Shown in pieces: positions 41,580 to 52,398 of a stretch of 64,000 bases of DNA. Numbering within the stretch: the first letter of the stretch is position 1; each line of letters opens with the position of its first letter. The notes under the pieces were generated by a model that was not told the origin of the DNA, did not search any database, and saw nothing but the letters and a program-made list of their open reading frames with translations. Both the position numbers and the translations under genes were made by a program. The DNA comes from Alphaproteobacteria bacterium (GTDB taxonomy: Bacteria; Pseudomonadota; Alphaproteobacteria; UBA828): contig OZ243972.1 in assembly GCA_965214705.1 (NCBI GenBank), positions 1,856,001 through 1,920,000 on the forward strand. The letters run 5' to 3'.

Positions 41580-42082
41580 TGAAGAAGCCGCGCGCGCGCA
41601 GGAAGGGGATGGAACACACGATTTCCGCGACCAACGAGGAATGGGACGACGTCCAGTCGGGGGCGGCCCAGGCCCGGAAGTCGGTGTCGGCCTGGGCCGC
41701 CCATTGCGGGCTGACGGTGGACCCCTTGCCGCGGAAGCATCGCCGGCTGGTCCTCGACGAGAAGCAGCAGAGGTCCATCCCGCGGGCCGTGGGCGAGCAT
41801 GCCCGGAGCCTGATTGCGGACATCGACGCGCCGTCGCAGTTTGCGGACGATCTCGGTGCACTGGTGAAGGCGCGGCTCGAGACGATGGTCCGGGAGGGCC
41901 GGTGCGGCGAAGTCGAGGCGATCCTTCGAAAAGTGCTCGGCGACGAGCGGGCGGCAGCCATCGCCGCCGCTCTCGCGGCGAACGCACCGGCGGAGACCGC
42001 ATCGACGAGGACCGCGCAAAAGAAGGCGCCCCGCGAGAAGAAACCCCGCCACAAACCGGGTCAGGGCAAGTTGTTCGGATAG
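41579..42082 (+). CDS. RHH/MobC-like protein 3 (homolog of 25980-26516)
   Basis: TISATNEEWDDV...VLGDERA..IAA. Confidence 0.7.
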   Translation: MKKPRARRKGMEHTISATNEEWDDVQSGAAQARKSVSAWAAHCGLTVDPLPRKHRRLVLDEKQQRSIPRAVGEHARSLIADIDAPSQFADDLGALVKARLETMVREGRCGEVEAILRKVLGDERAAAIAAALAANAPAETASTRTAQKKAPREKKPRHKPGQGKLFG

Positions 42083-42399
42083 CTGTCAGGCTGACAAGGT
42101 GAACACGTGTGGCGGCGCGGAAAGAGGATTATCGGGTTCAACCGGAGGGTGCCTCTGCTCTCGCCTGGATCGGACTCGGAATATGGGGACGCCTCCGGTG
42201 ATGACCGTTGACCGACGGTACAAAGGCCGGGGCCGAGGGGATCCGGCCGGTCGACGAACGGCCGGAGCGCTCGCCGCGCTGCACCGAGCTCGCGCCTGGC
42301 CCGGGCGCTGGAACGGCGTCCTGGCCGCCACCACGGTGGGCGGCGGCCTCTCGCCGCTCCTATAGCTCCAGTGAAGCGGAGGGCATCGGCGGGACAATC

Positions 42400-43767
42400 A
42401 TGGCTCTCGAAGTCGTAAAGGCGTTCAGCCGGGAGCACGTCGGGTGGCTCACCCCTCTCCAGGAATGGGCCCTGCGCGAGGTCAAGGGCGCAACGGTAGA
42501 CGACAGGAAGGCGGAGCCGGCGGCGCGAAGGATCTACGACCCCTTGACCGAGGACATCCGCAACGGGAACTGCTGGATCCTCTGCAATTGCCTTCCCCAT
42601 GAGCCGGAGCAGCCGGTCATCGTGCCCTCCCGGAGACCGTACGGTATCCGTCTCGGCAACCTGCCCGACGCTCCGGTGCCGCATGACAGGAATTGCGTCT
42701 TCCGCCGGCGCGGACACTCGATAGACACCTCCGGGTACATCGTCAATCCGCTGTCGTTCAACCGGCAGGACGTGGCTTTAGGGGGACCCGGCCCGGAGCG
42801 CGAACCCCGGCTCCGGACGGGCCGGAGGGAGCCGACCGTCGCCAACGTGCTCAAGCGCTTCATCCGGGAGGCGCGGCTGCACACACTGGCGGGCGCCGAG
42901 CGGTTCCCGTCTCCAGTGGACTGGCTGGCGGAACTCAAACGCGCCGCGGGCGCGTTCTCCGTTGCGCCGAACGTTCCGGCGTCGGAGGTGCTGTTGACCG
43001 ACCCCGAGAGCTGGCGCTCGGGCGAATTCCGGGAAAGCCTGGATGAGCGCGCGCAGAATTGGCCGAAGGGTTCCCCGCCTTGCGGCTTCCTGTGCTGGGT
43101 CGCGCACGAGGTGGAGGACCACGAGATCAACGGCAAGACCAGGGATGCCGGCCACGTGAGGGTGACCTCTCGCGTGGGCTCTTCGCCCGTCTACGACGAC
43201 AGGGTGGTGGGACCCTATCTCTTCCTGGGCGCGCTGGAACAGTCTGAAGACCGGTCCGGGTGGGAGTGCTGCATGGCCTATGCACATCCCATCGCCGCGC
43301 TGGAATTGCCGATCCCGGTCGACTCGGACTACGAGCGCCAGGCGCTCCTGTCGCTTCCACAACTGGTCCGGGATCTTCAGAGCGACACGAAGCTCGAGGA
43401 GGCGCTCGGCGGGGTCGTCGGGGTCGCGCTCCAGAAGCCGCTCTTCGAGATAGGGGTGCGCGAAGGCCGCTGTCGACCGGACGTTCTTCTCACCGTGACC
43501 CGCCCTGGCGGTCCGGTCCCCCGTGTCCCCGGCGATCCCTTCGACGACAGCGACAAGGTGCGCTACGTCATCGAGGTCATGGGGTTCGGCGACGAGAAAT
43601 ACGAGAAGCAGAAGGAAAAGACCCACCGCTGGATGAGGCGGCTCGGCCGGGTGATCCGCATGGAGGGACGGCAGTTCAGCTCCACTCGCAACAGCCTGGA
43701 GCAGCAGCGTGACAGGATCGCCTTTCGGATCTCAAAGGATCTCATCCGGCGATGGAAAGGAAGCTGA
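42400..43767 (+). CDS. Hypothetical DUF1173-like protein (Cys/His cluster, possible PD-(D/E)XK-like C-terminus)
   Basis: WILCNC...H...C.F; VDSDYER; RPDVLL...IEVMG....Y...K. Confidence 0.55.
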   Translation: MALEVVKAFSREHVGWLTPLQEWALREVKGATVDDRKAEPAARRIYDPLTEDIRNGNCWILCNCLPHEPEQPVIVPSRRPYGIRLGNLPDAPVPHDRNCVFRRRGHSIDTSGYIVNPLSFNRQDVALGGPGPEREPRLRTGRREPTVANVLKRFIREARLHTLAGAERFPSPVDWLAELKRAAGAFSVAPNVPASEVLLTDPESWRSGEFRESLDERAQNWPKGSPPCGFLCWVAHEVEDHEINGKTRDAGHVRVTSRVGSSPVYDDRVVGPYLFLGALEQSEDRSGWECCMAYAHPIAALELPIPVDSDYERQALLSLPQLVRDLQSDTKLEEALGGVVGVALQKPLFEIGVREGRCRPDVLLTVTRPGGPVPRVPGDPFDDSDKVRYVIEVMGFGDEKYEKQKEKTHRWMRRLGRVIRMEGRQFSSTRNSLEQQRDRIAFRISKDLIRRWKGS

Positions 43768-43932
43768 CGGTTCCTGTTCCCGCGGCGGGCCCCCGGCCCC
43801 CTGAAATCGCCGAACCGGCGGCGCGTCGGAGATGCCGTCAGTCGCAGGAACCGCACCGGGCTCCGCGACGGCCTGGAGCGCACATGGTAGGGCACACTAA
43901 CATGCCGGATCGGCTTCCCGGGAATACGACGA

Positions 43933-45143
43933 AAGGCTTATCCCCTTGACCCCGGTTTGACGACATCTTGTGTTTGGGTTGGCAGGGACGAGTTGTTCGT
44001 GTAATGTTCTCGCCATGCCGAGCCGCTGGAAGCACGACCGCCCGATGTCCCGCGCTGCCTTCGAGGCGCGCTTCCCCGATGAAGAGGCCTGCGCCAGACA
44101 CCTCGCGGCAAAGCGTTGGCCCGACGGCTTCGTTTGCCCCGCTTGCGGCCATGACAAGGGTTGGGAGTTGAAGCGTCGCAGGGCGAGTTGGGAATGTGCG
44201 GGCTGCGGCAAGGAGACGTCGGTGACCGCGGGCACGATCATGCATCGCAGCCACCTGCCGCTGAAGACCTGGTTCACCGCCATCCATATGGTGACCAGCC
44301 ATTCGAACGGCATCTCCGCCCTGCAACTCCAGGCCCAGCTCGGGCTCGGCAGCTACAAGAGTGCGTGGCTGCTGCTGCACAAGCTGCGTCGCGCCATGGT
44401 CGATCCCGACCGCAGCCTGCTTGAGGATCTGGTTGAGATCGACGAAGCCTCGTTGCCGCAGCGCACCGCGCAAGACCCGCCCACCGGCGGGCAAGGCCGC
44501 AGCGCGCAAGGCAAGATGCTCATCGCCGGAGCGGTCGAGCTGTCTCCCGAGGGTGAGCCGCGCCGCATCCGCCTCGCGCCGATCGTGGATTACTCCGCGC
44601 TCAGCCTGCACGCCTTCGTTGCCGCCACCTCGGCGCCGGGCGCGCTGGTGATCACCGACGGTTGGAGCGGCTATCCCGGCCTGTCCGGGCACGACCATGA
44701 GGCCAGGATCGTCGGCGACACGCCCGCCCATCTCGTGCTGAAGTGGACCCATCGCGTCTTCTCGAACCTGAAACGCTGGGCGCTCGGCACCTTTCACGGC
44801 CTGCGCCGCGCCCATTTGCGCCGTTACCTCGACGAGTTCGTCTTCCGTAGGAACCGACGCCGCCACACCGACGCCGCCTTCGACACCCTGCTCGGCATCG
44901 GCGCCGGCCTTCAACCCTCCAGCTACCGCGACTTCGTCGAACAACGCGCCTGATCCCACCGGCCGGTTAACACCGTGCCGCAGCCAGCCATTCCGGCTGT
45001 CTCGGAGTCATTATACCGAACTCCGGCACCGCGTGACGGGGCCGGGCAGCGCTCTCGCCAGTCCAAGATATCACGCGTGCGACGCGCGCCGATGCCGGCG
45101 ACGATCAACATCTTGCGTCACCGGAACCAAGGGGAGAAGCCTT
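43933..45143 (+). mobile_element. Complete IS1595-family element
   Basis: IRs aaggcttatccccttg / caaggggagaagcctt; TSD tacgacga (43925-43932, 45144-45151). Confidence 0.9.
44015..44953 (+). CDS. IS1595-family transposase
   Basis: RWPDGFVCPAC zinc ribbon, VEIDE, ITDGW, YLDEFVFR.NRR. Confidence 0.92.
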   Translation: MPSRWKHDRPMSRAAFEARFPDEEACARHLAAKRWPDGFVCPACGHDKGWELKRRRASWECAGCGKETSVTAGTIMHRSHLPLKTWFTAIHMVTSHSNGISALQLQAQLGLGSYKSAWLLLHKLRRAMVDPDRSLLEDLVEIDEASLPQRTAQDPPTGGQGRSAQGKMLIAGAVELSPEGEPRRIRLAPIVDYSALSLHAFVAATSAPGALVITDGWSGYPGLSGHDHEARIVGDTPAHLVLKWTHRVFSNLKRWALGTFHGLRRAHLRRYLDEFVFRRNRRRHTDAAFDTLLGIGAGLQPSSYRDFVEQRA

Positions 45144-45162
45144 TACGACGATACTGAGGCAT

Positions 45163-48100
45163 CTAGAGGCGCATGTGCTTGCCATGGTGCCGTCCATGTT
45201 GCTGGTTCAGTTCGACCCGTCTCTGCTCGAGCTCCATCTCCTGGGCTTGCGTCTTGGACCAGCGCTCTTCCTCGTCATCCCGGAATGCGCGCCATCGCGC
45301 GAACGCGGTGAGTTCGGCCAGCGAAAGGCCGAAATTCCGGCAGGGCTCGTCGTCCGAACGCCAGAGTTCGCGAAGCGTGCAAATGTCCTCCGCTTCGGTC
45401 TTCCCCGCCGTTCTGTCGACCACCTCCAGCTCGACCTGCACGACCGTCGGGCGGCTCAGGCGCGAGCTCTCCGGCGCAGCCGTTTCCAATCGGCCGACCT
45501 CGCTGCACCGCAACCGGTCGCCGCTGGTGAGATCCCGTGAGCAGTCGAGCGGATAGCTGTCCGGGGGTTCGGGCCACTGGCGCGCCCGCTCTGCCTGCCA
45601 GAGCCTCTCGTCGCTCCACTCCGCCCGAAGGACGTCGCAGCCCACGAGCCTCAGCGCGGCCATTCCTGTCACCGGCTCTTCGGCTGTGCGCCCCGTCGCC
45701 GCCGCAACCCATTCGAGCTCCACCACGTCGTTGTGGGCGCATCCGCCGGTCCGTCCGGGCTGGAGCACCACCGCTTCGCGTTGCGGCCCATCGTCCGATA
45801 GCCGCAGCGTTATCCGCTCGCCCGCGAGCAGCGGTTCCTGCCCCCTCCAGGGTCTGGTGAATGCATGTGAGGCGCCGGGGTCACGAAGCCGTGCCAGCTC
45901 CGCGTCCACCATCTCCGCGATCCGGTCCTCCTCCAGCCCTGGAATGGCTTTCCGCTCGCTTGCGTGCCGAAGTCCTTGCTCGATGCGGTCAAGCATATCC
46001 GGGCGGTCTTGCCAGCGCTCCCGGGTGTCCTCGTCCAGTATCCATTGGACGTCTTCCTCGAACCGGAGGCTCCGTTCCTGCCACGCCGGCCATTCCGACA
46101 GCAGGGAGCGGGGAACGTCCTCGCGCGTCGCGCGTTCCTCGAGCCGGCGGTATTGCTCGTCTACCCGGTTCGCTTCCCGGAACAGGCCTTGGAATGTCAT
46201 CCATTCGGCTGACAGGGCGGCATGCTCGTCGATCTCGGCCTGCAGCCGCCGCCGGGCCGCTTCTTCCAGGTCCGGTTCCCTGGCCAGGTGCTCCGCTCGG
46301 GCGATGGCCTTGCCGTACCCCTCGTCACCCACGGGCGAGAAGCCCTGCGCCAGCGCATTGGGCTTCGTTTCCTCGATCCGGTTCATCACCGAGACGAAGC
46401 GGTCGAGCAGACGGTGTCTCTCCATCCGCTCCAGCGCGGCAGTCAGCGTTTCCCTGCCCTTCGGGATCCGGTCGAGATGGGGAGCGTAGGTGTCTTCGTC
46501 CTCCTGGATCTTGCGTCCCGCGGTCAGCAGCTTCGACGAAAAGTCGGTTAGGGACCGGTAGCCGGGCAGGTCGGTGACGAGGAAGTCCGGGGCCTGCCGG
46601 GCGTGCCGCCTGGCTTCTTTCTCCAGGGTGTCCCAGTACTGCCCATGTTGCCCGGCTCCCTGGAGAAAACCGTCGAGGGTGGCGCGCTCCTTGCCGAGCC
46701 GGCGGTCGTAGTCCAGCACCCGCTGCGCCATCTCCCGGGCCTGGTCCGGCAAGCCCTGCCGTTGGCCAAGCGCGCGGGCCTCGTCGACGAACTCTTTCCA
46801 GCCCGGCAGATAGAAGGCGATGACGGTCCCGGCCTTCGCACGCTCCGCCATCGCCAGACGCTCCTGGAATACTCGCGTCCAGGCCAGATCGTGGTCGCCG
46901 AGTCGGTCGAACCGTTCGACGGCGGTCGCGATCTTCCCCGCTTCCTCCTTCAGCCGGTCGAGATGGGGCCGCCACAAGTCCGGATCTTCACGCTTGGACT
47001 CCGGCTCTTTACGCATGGCGCGCCAACTTTCGCCTACCTCTCCGCAACGCGCCAACCAGTCGGCATAGCCTGTAAGTTCGGTGGGCGGGGTGAACTTGGG
47101 CGGGCCAGCCGAGCGGGCGCGGTCCTCCAGCGTCGTCCGCTCGTCCAGAAGCCCGGCCGCAGAGGCATGAAGCGCGACGATTGCCGCCTTCCGTTCTTCG
47201 TCTGCCTTTGCCTGGTCGAGGACCTCCTTGGCCGCTGCCAGTGCCCATGCCGGAAGGGGGGACAGCCTGGCGAGTGTCGTGGCCCGCTCGACGAGATCGT
47301 CATGGCCTTCGGCGTAGAACGAAATCGTGCCGTCCTCCGCGGCCTGCGCCGCCACCTCGCGGCGCCGCGTGTCGAATGCGAGGACCGCGTCGTCGACCGC
47401 CAGGAGGTCGGCCAGCTCCCCGAGGCGCTCGGAGATCGTGCCGCCGGCCTCGCCCGCACGCTCGCCCAGCTCGGCGAGCAGGACCTTGCCGTTCGCCGAC
47501 AGACGCCCCGACATCTCCCGCCACTCCGGGTAGTCTTCCAGCCCGGCAACCGGGCTCTCCGCTGCCGCCCCTTCCAGGTCGCGCCTCCTTGCGTCATGCG
47601 CATCGAGCAGCCCGAGAAACTCCACTGCCGCCCTGTCCCCTTCCCGGCAGGCGTGGTCATAGGCGAGCAGCCCGTCCACGACCTCCCTGGTCGCGGCCGG
47701 CAGGTCCGGATTCCCGGCAAGCTCCCGCGCGCCCTCGATCAGCGCCCCGTAGTCCTCCATCAGAAACACCACCGTGCCCTCGCGCCGCGCCCGCCGTTCC
47801 AGCGCCTCCCATCCCTCGCGCAGCGTCCAGACCGGCTCATCATCCGCCAGCAGCCGGACAATCTCCTCGGGCTCGAGCTCGAGCGGCGCGTCGATCGCCT
47901 CGAGCGCCGTCGGCCGCTCCCCGGTGTTGTCGGCCAGAACCTTCACCAGCTGCTCGGCGTTGTCGGTGAGCACCACCGCCCGGTCCCGCGCCCGGCTGAT
48001 CTCCACGTAGAAGGTGGACTGGTCGGTGAGCGCGCCGTAGCTCGAATCCAGCACCGCGATCACCCCGTCCGCCGTGCTCCCCTGTGCGCCGTGCACGGTC

Positions 48101-50610
48101 GTGCTCCAGGCGTGGTCGATATGCCGCAGCTGCGGATCGTCCAACCGCAGCGACAGCCGCCGTCCGTCCGCCAGCCGGAACCGCACCCGGCCCTTGCCGA
48201 TCCCCTCCACCTCGGCCCGCTCGCCGTTGATGAGGGACCGCTTCCTGTCGTTCCGGGTCCAGCGGATCCGGTCGCCCGCGCGGATCTCGATGGAACGGGT
48301 CTCGTAGACGTCGAGCTTGTAACGGATCGAGGTCGTCGGGCGGATCGAGCGCGGCTTGCCGTCGGGATGCAGCAGCATCACCCGGTCGAAGTCGAACCCG
48401 GTCACCGTCAGAATCTCGTCCTTCTCCAGGCGGTAGTTCTTGAGAGTCTGGCTGAACACCACCAGGTCGCCCTCCCGGTAGTTGCGCCGGTCGCCCTTCT
48501 CGGCCCGCGTCATGCCGAGGCTGACCAGGCGCTCGATGCGGAGCGGCTTCCCCCGCAGCACTCCCTCATCCGCCAGCGCCTCCCGGACGGTCCTGTTGAT
48601 CTCCTCCCTCAACTCGTGGGTCGGCGCGACCAGCAGGGTGTTGTCGCGGGTGGCAGGGTCGAGCGCCAGCCAGGTCCGCCCTGCCATCTCGGCGAGCTCT
48701 TCGAGCGCCACCTCGTGCACGCTGCCGCCCAGCAGCTCCACCGCCTCGCCGGGATCGCCCGCCACAACCGCCTGCACCGCCGCCCGCAGCTCCGGGGTGC
48801 GCTGGCGTTGGATGTCGTGCATCGCCGCCGTCGTCATTCCCGCCCGCTGCAGCAGACGGAACGGCTGGCCCGCCTCCACCGCGCGGAGCTGGCCGATGTC
48901 GCCCACCAGCACCACGCGGGCAACGTCGAGCCTGCCCGCGGCCCGCAGGAGCGAACGCATCTGGTCGGTCGACACCATCGAGGCCTCGTCCAGCACCAGC
49001 ACCGCGCCGCCGAAGCGCTCCTTCAACCTTTCCAGCGCTTCTCCCTGCAAGCCCGCCGCCCGGCACCGCGCCAGGAACCACTGCAGCGTGCGGGCATGCA
49101 TGCCGGTCTCGCGCCCCAGCACCGCGGCCGCCGCAGTCGAGGGCGCTAGTCCGAACACCGGCTTCTCCCCGGCAAGCGCCCGGACCTGGCGCAGCATGGT
49201 CGTCTTGCCGGTCCCGGCCCGGCCCTGCACGCCGACGACCCGGTCGTGCGCCAACAGGATCGTGCGAACCGCCTCCTCCTGTCCCTCGGTGAGCCCGGCG
49301 CCGTCGAGACGGGCCGCAACGTCCTTCTCCCCGGCCAGCGCCTCGCCGGCACCGATCCCCGCCTTCATCATGGCGATCGTCGACCGCTCCGCCTTCAGCG
49401 CGCGGTCGGTGACGAAGGCCCTGTCGGCGCGCCAGAGCTCGGCCGCGACCAGGTGGCCGTCGCGGACCAGCCAGGCGACCGCGTCCCGGATATCCCCGAG
49501 CGAATGCCGGCCCGGCGAATGGCCCAGAGCCAGCGCCTCGAGCGCGTGCTCGGAGAAGACCGATTGCCGCTCCTCAAGCTGCCGCATGCAGCGGCGCACG
49601 ATCGCAAGCGCCGACCGGCCCTCCGGTAGCACGATCGGCTGTCCGGAGCGCGCCACCGCGGGTGCCATGTCGAGGCTCAATTCCCGTGCGCGCTCCCGCC
49701 ATCGCTGCTGCAGCTGCGCCCGCACCGGCTCCGCCTTCCGCTTGCGTGTCGCCAGCGTCGCCACCTGCATCCTGTCCGTGCTGCGGTCCCAGCCCTTCTC
49801 GTCCACATAGGCCAGGATCTCGTGCCGGCGCGTCGAGAACGCTTCCCGCAACTCCCGGCCGTAGCCCGCGAGCTCGAAGCTCGGCAGACGGCCCACCATC
49901 GCCGGCTCGATCGAATAGCCCTTCGCTATCAGCTGCCGCGCCAGCCGGTCGCGGTAGTACGCCCCGATCAGCCGCGCATTGCGGTGCAGCAGCGTCGGCT
50001 CCACGCTCTTCCACCGCCCCTCCCGGTCCCGGGTCATGTTGGCGATCACGGCGTGAGTGTGGAGCTGCGGATCGAGGTTGCGGCTCGCGATGTGGCGGAA
50101 CAGCGCCGCCACCATGCAGGGTGCCTTCACCCGCGGCCGCCTGCCGGTGGCGGGGTCCCAGCCCCGGGTCTCCAGCAGCGAACCCTCGATCCAGTCGAGC
50201 GTCTCGCGCACCGCCGCATCGTGCGCCCGCCTGACCGCCCGGTCGCCCAGCGGGTGCTCCTTCGTCGGCAGAAGCGCCGCCAGCGACACCGACTTGGGAG
50301 CCGAGAAGGTGATGTCGAAGCCCGGACGATGCTCGTGCTGCCCGTCGCGCAGGCGCCCCAGCCGAGTCCTGGTCCCGATCACATGGCCCTGAAGAAGCCT
50401 CTCGAAGGCGCGCGCCCCGACCGGCTTGCCGGGATGCAATCCCAGGACGACCGCGCCCTCGCCATGCCAGGTGCTGGCGTTCCGGTGCTCGGCCCGCTTG
50501 GCCCGAAGGTCCGCCGCGCCCTCGCCCGGCCTCAGATAGTAGCCGGCGTCCTGGCGGAAATATTCCGAGGTGGCAGAGGAAGACGTCAGGTTGCGGACCG
50601 TCGCGACCAT
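45163..50610 (-). CDS. Third MobF relaxase-helicase with long C-terminal extension (1815 aa)
   Basis: YFRQDAGYY, DITFSAPKSVS, DPQLHTH, GRAGTGKT, HGAQG. Confidence 0.92.
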   Translation of the reverse strand: MVATVRNLTSSSATSEYFRQDAGYYLRPGEGAADLRAKRAEHRNASTWHGEGAVVLGLHPGKPVGARAFERLLQGHVIGTRTRLGRLRDGQHEHRPGFDITFSAPKSVSLAALLPTKEHPLGDRAVRRAHDAAVRETLDWIEGSLLETRGWDPATGRRPRVKAPCMVAALFRHIASRNLDPQLHTHAVIANMTRDREGRWKSVEPTLLHRNARLIGAYYRDRLARQLIAKGYSIEPAMVGRLPSFELAGYGRELREAFSTRRHEILAYVDEKGWDRSTDRMQVATLATRKRKAEPVRAQLQQRWRERARELSLDMAPAVARSGQPIVLPEGRSALAIVRRCMRQLEERQSVFSEHALEALALGHSPGRHSLGDIRDAVAWLVRDGHLVAAELWRADRAFVTDRALKAERSTIAMMKAGIGAGEALAGEKDVAARLDGAGLTEGQEEAVRTILLAHDRVVGVQGRAGTGKTTMLRQVRALAGEKPVFGLAPSTAAAAVLGRETGMHARTLQWFLARCRAAGLQGEALERLKERFGGAVLVLDEASMVSTDQMRSLLRAAGRLDVARVVLVGDIGQLRAVEAGQPFRLLQRAGMTTAAMHDIQRQRTPELRAAVQAVVAGDPGEAVELLGGSVHEVALEELAEMAGRTWLALDPATRDNTLLVAPTHELREEINRTVREALADEGVLRGKPLRIERLVSLGMTRAEKGDRRNYREGDLVVFSQTLKNYRLEKDEILTVTGFDFDRVMLLHPDGKPRSIRPTTSIRYKLDVYETRSIEIRAGDRIRWTRNDRKRSLINGERAEVEGIGKGRVRFRLADGRRLSLRLDDPQLRHIDHAWSTTVHGAQGSTADGVIAVLDSSYGALTDQSTFYVEISRARDRAVVLTDNAEQLVKVLADNTGERPTALEAIDAPLELEPEEIVRLLADDEPVWTLREGWEALERRARREGTVVFLMEDYGALIEGARELAGNPDLPAATREVVDGLLAYDHACREGDRAAVEFLGLLDAHDARRRDLEGAAAESPVAGLEDYPEWREMSGRLSANGKVLLAELGERAGEAGGTISERLGELADLLAVDDAVLAFDTRRREVAAQAAEDGTISFYAEGHDDLVERATTLARLSPLPAWALAAAKEVLDQAKADEERKAAIVALHASAAGLLDERTTLEDRARSAGPPKFTPPTELTGYADWLARCGEVGESWRAMRKEPESKREDPDLWRPHLDRLKEEAGKIATAVERFDRLGDHDLAWTRVFQERLAMAERAKAGTVIAFYLPGWKEFVDEARALGQRQGLPDQAREMAQRVLDYDRRLGKERATLDGFLQGAGQHGQYWDTLEKEARRHARQAPDFLVTDLPGYRSLTDFSSKLLTAGRKIQEDEDTYAPHLDRIPKGRETLTAALERMERHRLLDRFVSVMNRIEETKPNALAQGFSPVGDEGYGKAIARAEHLAREPDLEEAARRRLQAEIDEHAALSAEWMTFQGLFREANRVDEQYRRLEERATREDVPRSLLSEWPAWQERSLRFEEDVQWILDEDTRERWQDRPDMLDRIEQGLRHASERKAIPGLEEDRIAEMVDAELARLRDPGASHAFTRPWRGQEPLLAGERITLRLSDDGPQREAVVLQPGRTGGCAHNDVVELEWVAAATGRTAEEPVTGMAALRLVGCDVLRAEWSDERLWQAERARQWPEPPDSYPLDCSRDLTSGDRLRCSEVGRLETAAPESSRLSRPTVVQVELEVVDRTAGKTEAEDICTLRELWRSDDEPCRNFGLSLAELTAFARWRAFRDDEEERWSKTQAQEMELEQRRVELNQQHGRHHGKHMRL

Positions 50611-50684
50611 GACACGCGATCATAAAGGTCTGCGGGTGAAGTCGCGGTCAAAATACGACCATGGTCGTGAGTGGGGCCCTGGGG

Positions 50685-50748
50685 TTGACCCTGGCCGAGG
50701 TTTGGAAGATGCGTCCCGAGGGTGTTAACCCGTGCCGGCATGTCCGGC
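50685..50748 (+). pseudogene. Short tyrosine-integrase remnant
   Basis: TLAEVWKMRPEGVNPCRHVR resembles Int1 QAEVYGYRPEGTNPC. Confidence 0.45.
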
Positions 50749-50763
50749 CTCAGCCTTCGGGTG

Positions 50764-51657
50764 CTACCCGGGTTCAAGCACGGTACTCACATCCGTTCTC
50801 CCAGTGCGAGCCCGGCTCGATGAATACAGTCCGGGCATCGCGTCCGAGTTGCGGATGGTGCCCGTCGCCGCGCCGTCCTCGATGCGCGCGCCCGAGGGGT
50901 TGGACAGCACGAGATCGAAGGTCTCGCCGCCGTCGTCGTGGGCGTCGTCGAGGATGGGCACCCGCACAGTCTTCGAGCGCTGCCCGACGGTGAAGCTGAG
51001 CGTGCCCTCGGTCGCGGTGTAGTCCTCGCCCGCCGTCGCGGTGCCGTCCCGCGTCTCGTAATCGACGGTGATGGTCTTGAGCGCCGCGCGGTCGAGCGAG
51101 ACGGTGAACGCCATGTGCGCGTCCGTGCCCTCGGTCGCCTCGGCGTCCGCGACCGAGATCGCCGCCTGGCCGAGGATCTCGATCGCGAGGCTGTTGGAGA
51201 GCACCTTGGCGCCGCCTTCCGTACAGAGCACGGCAGACTTCCTGCCGGCGCAGGTCCCGCCGCCCCTGAGCTTGAAGGTCACGGCGCCGTGGCCAGAGGG
51301 TTCGACGCGGAAGAACCAGAGGTCGCTCTTTCCCTCGTGGCGCCTGGAGGCCGTCACCTCCGCCCCCGTGGTGCCGCCGGCGGCCAGGTAGACATGGGTG
51401 TAGCTGTTCTCGATCTCCTCGCTGAAGGCTACCCGCACCTCGAAGGGCTGGCCGTCGTGCTCGGCCGGGAAGCCGTGGATGCGGGCGGCGAGCGGCGTGG
51501 CCGCGTCCTCCGACGCCGGTCCCGGCACTGTGAGGGTATACCGGGAGTTCCCTGCCCCCAAACTCCTTTCGGCTTGCGTGCCGTCCCCATCACTCATACG
51601 CTCGTTCTCGCTAACGACCACGGGTGCCCGCTGCGTCGGGCCGCCCGTCGAATACAA
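50764..51657 (-). CDS. Calx-beta domain protein, probably a fragment of a larger surface protein
   Basis: ISVADAEATEG...FTVSL...VDYETRDGTATAGEDY...GTLSF...VPILDD..D.GETF.L.LSNP. Confidence 0.8.
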   Translation of the reverse strand: MYSTGGPTQRAPVVVSENERMSDGDGTQAERSLGAGNSRYTLTVPGPASEDAATPLAARIHGFPAEHDGQPFEVRVAFSEEIENSYTHVYLAAGGTTGAEVTASRRHEGKSDLWFFRVEPSGHGAVTFKLRGGGTCAGRKSAVLCTEGGAKVLSNSLAIEILGQAAISVADAEATEGTDAHMAFTVSLDRAALKTITVDYETRDGTATAGEDYTATEGTLSFTVGQRSKTVRVPILDDAHDDGGETFDLVLSNPSGARIEDGAATGTIRNSDAMPGLYSSSRARTGRTDVSTVLEPG

Positions 51658-51781
51658 CAGCCGATCCCGGTGCGGGGTAGCTCCCCGTACCTAGGTGAAT
51701 AGGCGGGGACCTCACACACCCGTGTGTCGTTAGCAACGGCCCGGCACCCGCCGGGTCGAGCGAACCGACGCGGAGGGTGTC

Positions 51782-52351
51782 ATGAAAATCAGACATATTT
51801 CCATGCTGGCGATCCTGTTGGTCGCCTTGTCGGCGTGCAAAGCCGTCACGCTCGAGGAAGCCACCGTGACCCAGCCCACGTTCGGCATTGAGGCCGAGGA
51901 CTGGGGCGTCCCTGCGACCGACGAGCTCCGTCAGGGTGCCTATCACGCCCCGACACCGGCGACGCACCCGGTGGCCGCGGTCATCAACACACAGGACCTC
52001 CATGCACAGCTCATCGGTCCCAACCCGCCGGTGACGATCAACGTCCTGTCCGGCAAGAACCGGATTGCGTCGATCCCCGGCTCGATCTGGCTGCCTGCCG
52101 CAGGTCAAGGTGGTACGTTCGACGATAATATCCAGACGTACTTGGCGTCGACGCTCGGGAACCTCACCGACGACGATCTCGCGCAACCGATCGCGGTCTA
52201 CTGCTTGGACGCCAACTGCTGGCTGTCCTACAACGCCGCCCTGCGTCTCCACGCGCTCGGCTACGAGAACCTTTACTGGTATCGCGGCGGCATCGCCGCA
52301 TGGACGGCAGCAAATCTCCCCGCCCGAATGACCACGGCGTACAAGCAATAG
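51782..52351 (+). CDS. Rhodanese-like lipoprotein (CxxxCW motif)
   Basis: Lipobox LSAC; IPGSIWL; YCLDANCWLSYNAALR; WYRGGIAAW. Confidence 0.8.
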   Translation: MKIRHISMLAILLVALSACKAVTLEEATVTQPTFGIEAEDWGVPATDELRQGAYHAPTPATHPVAAVINTQDLHAQLIGPNPPVTINVLSGKNRIASIPGSIWLPAAGQGGTFDDNIQTYLASTLGNLTDDDLAQPIAVYCLDANCWLSYNAALRLHALGYENLYWYRGGIAAWTAANLPARMTTAYKQ

Positions 52352-52398
52352 TCGGGTTCACCTGAACTTGCGATCCGAAAGAGACAAGGAGGCATGCC

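Noticed and set aside
44965-44982. Similarity of gttaacaccgtgccg to gttaacccgtgccg at ~50725 as att sites around relaxase 3
   Set aside because: The first lies inside the IS1595 element and the second inside an integrase remnant; likely chance
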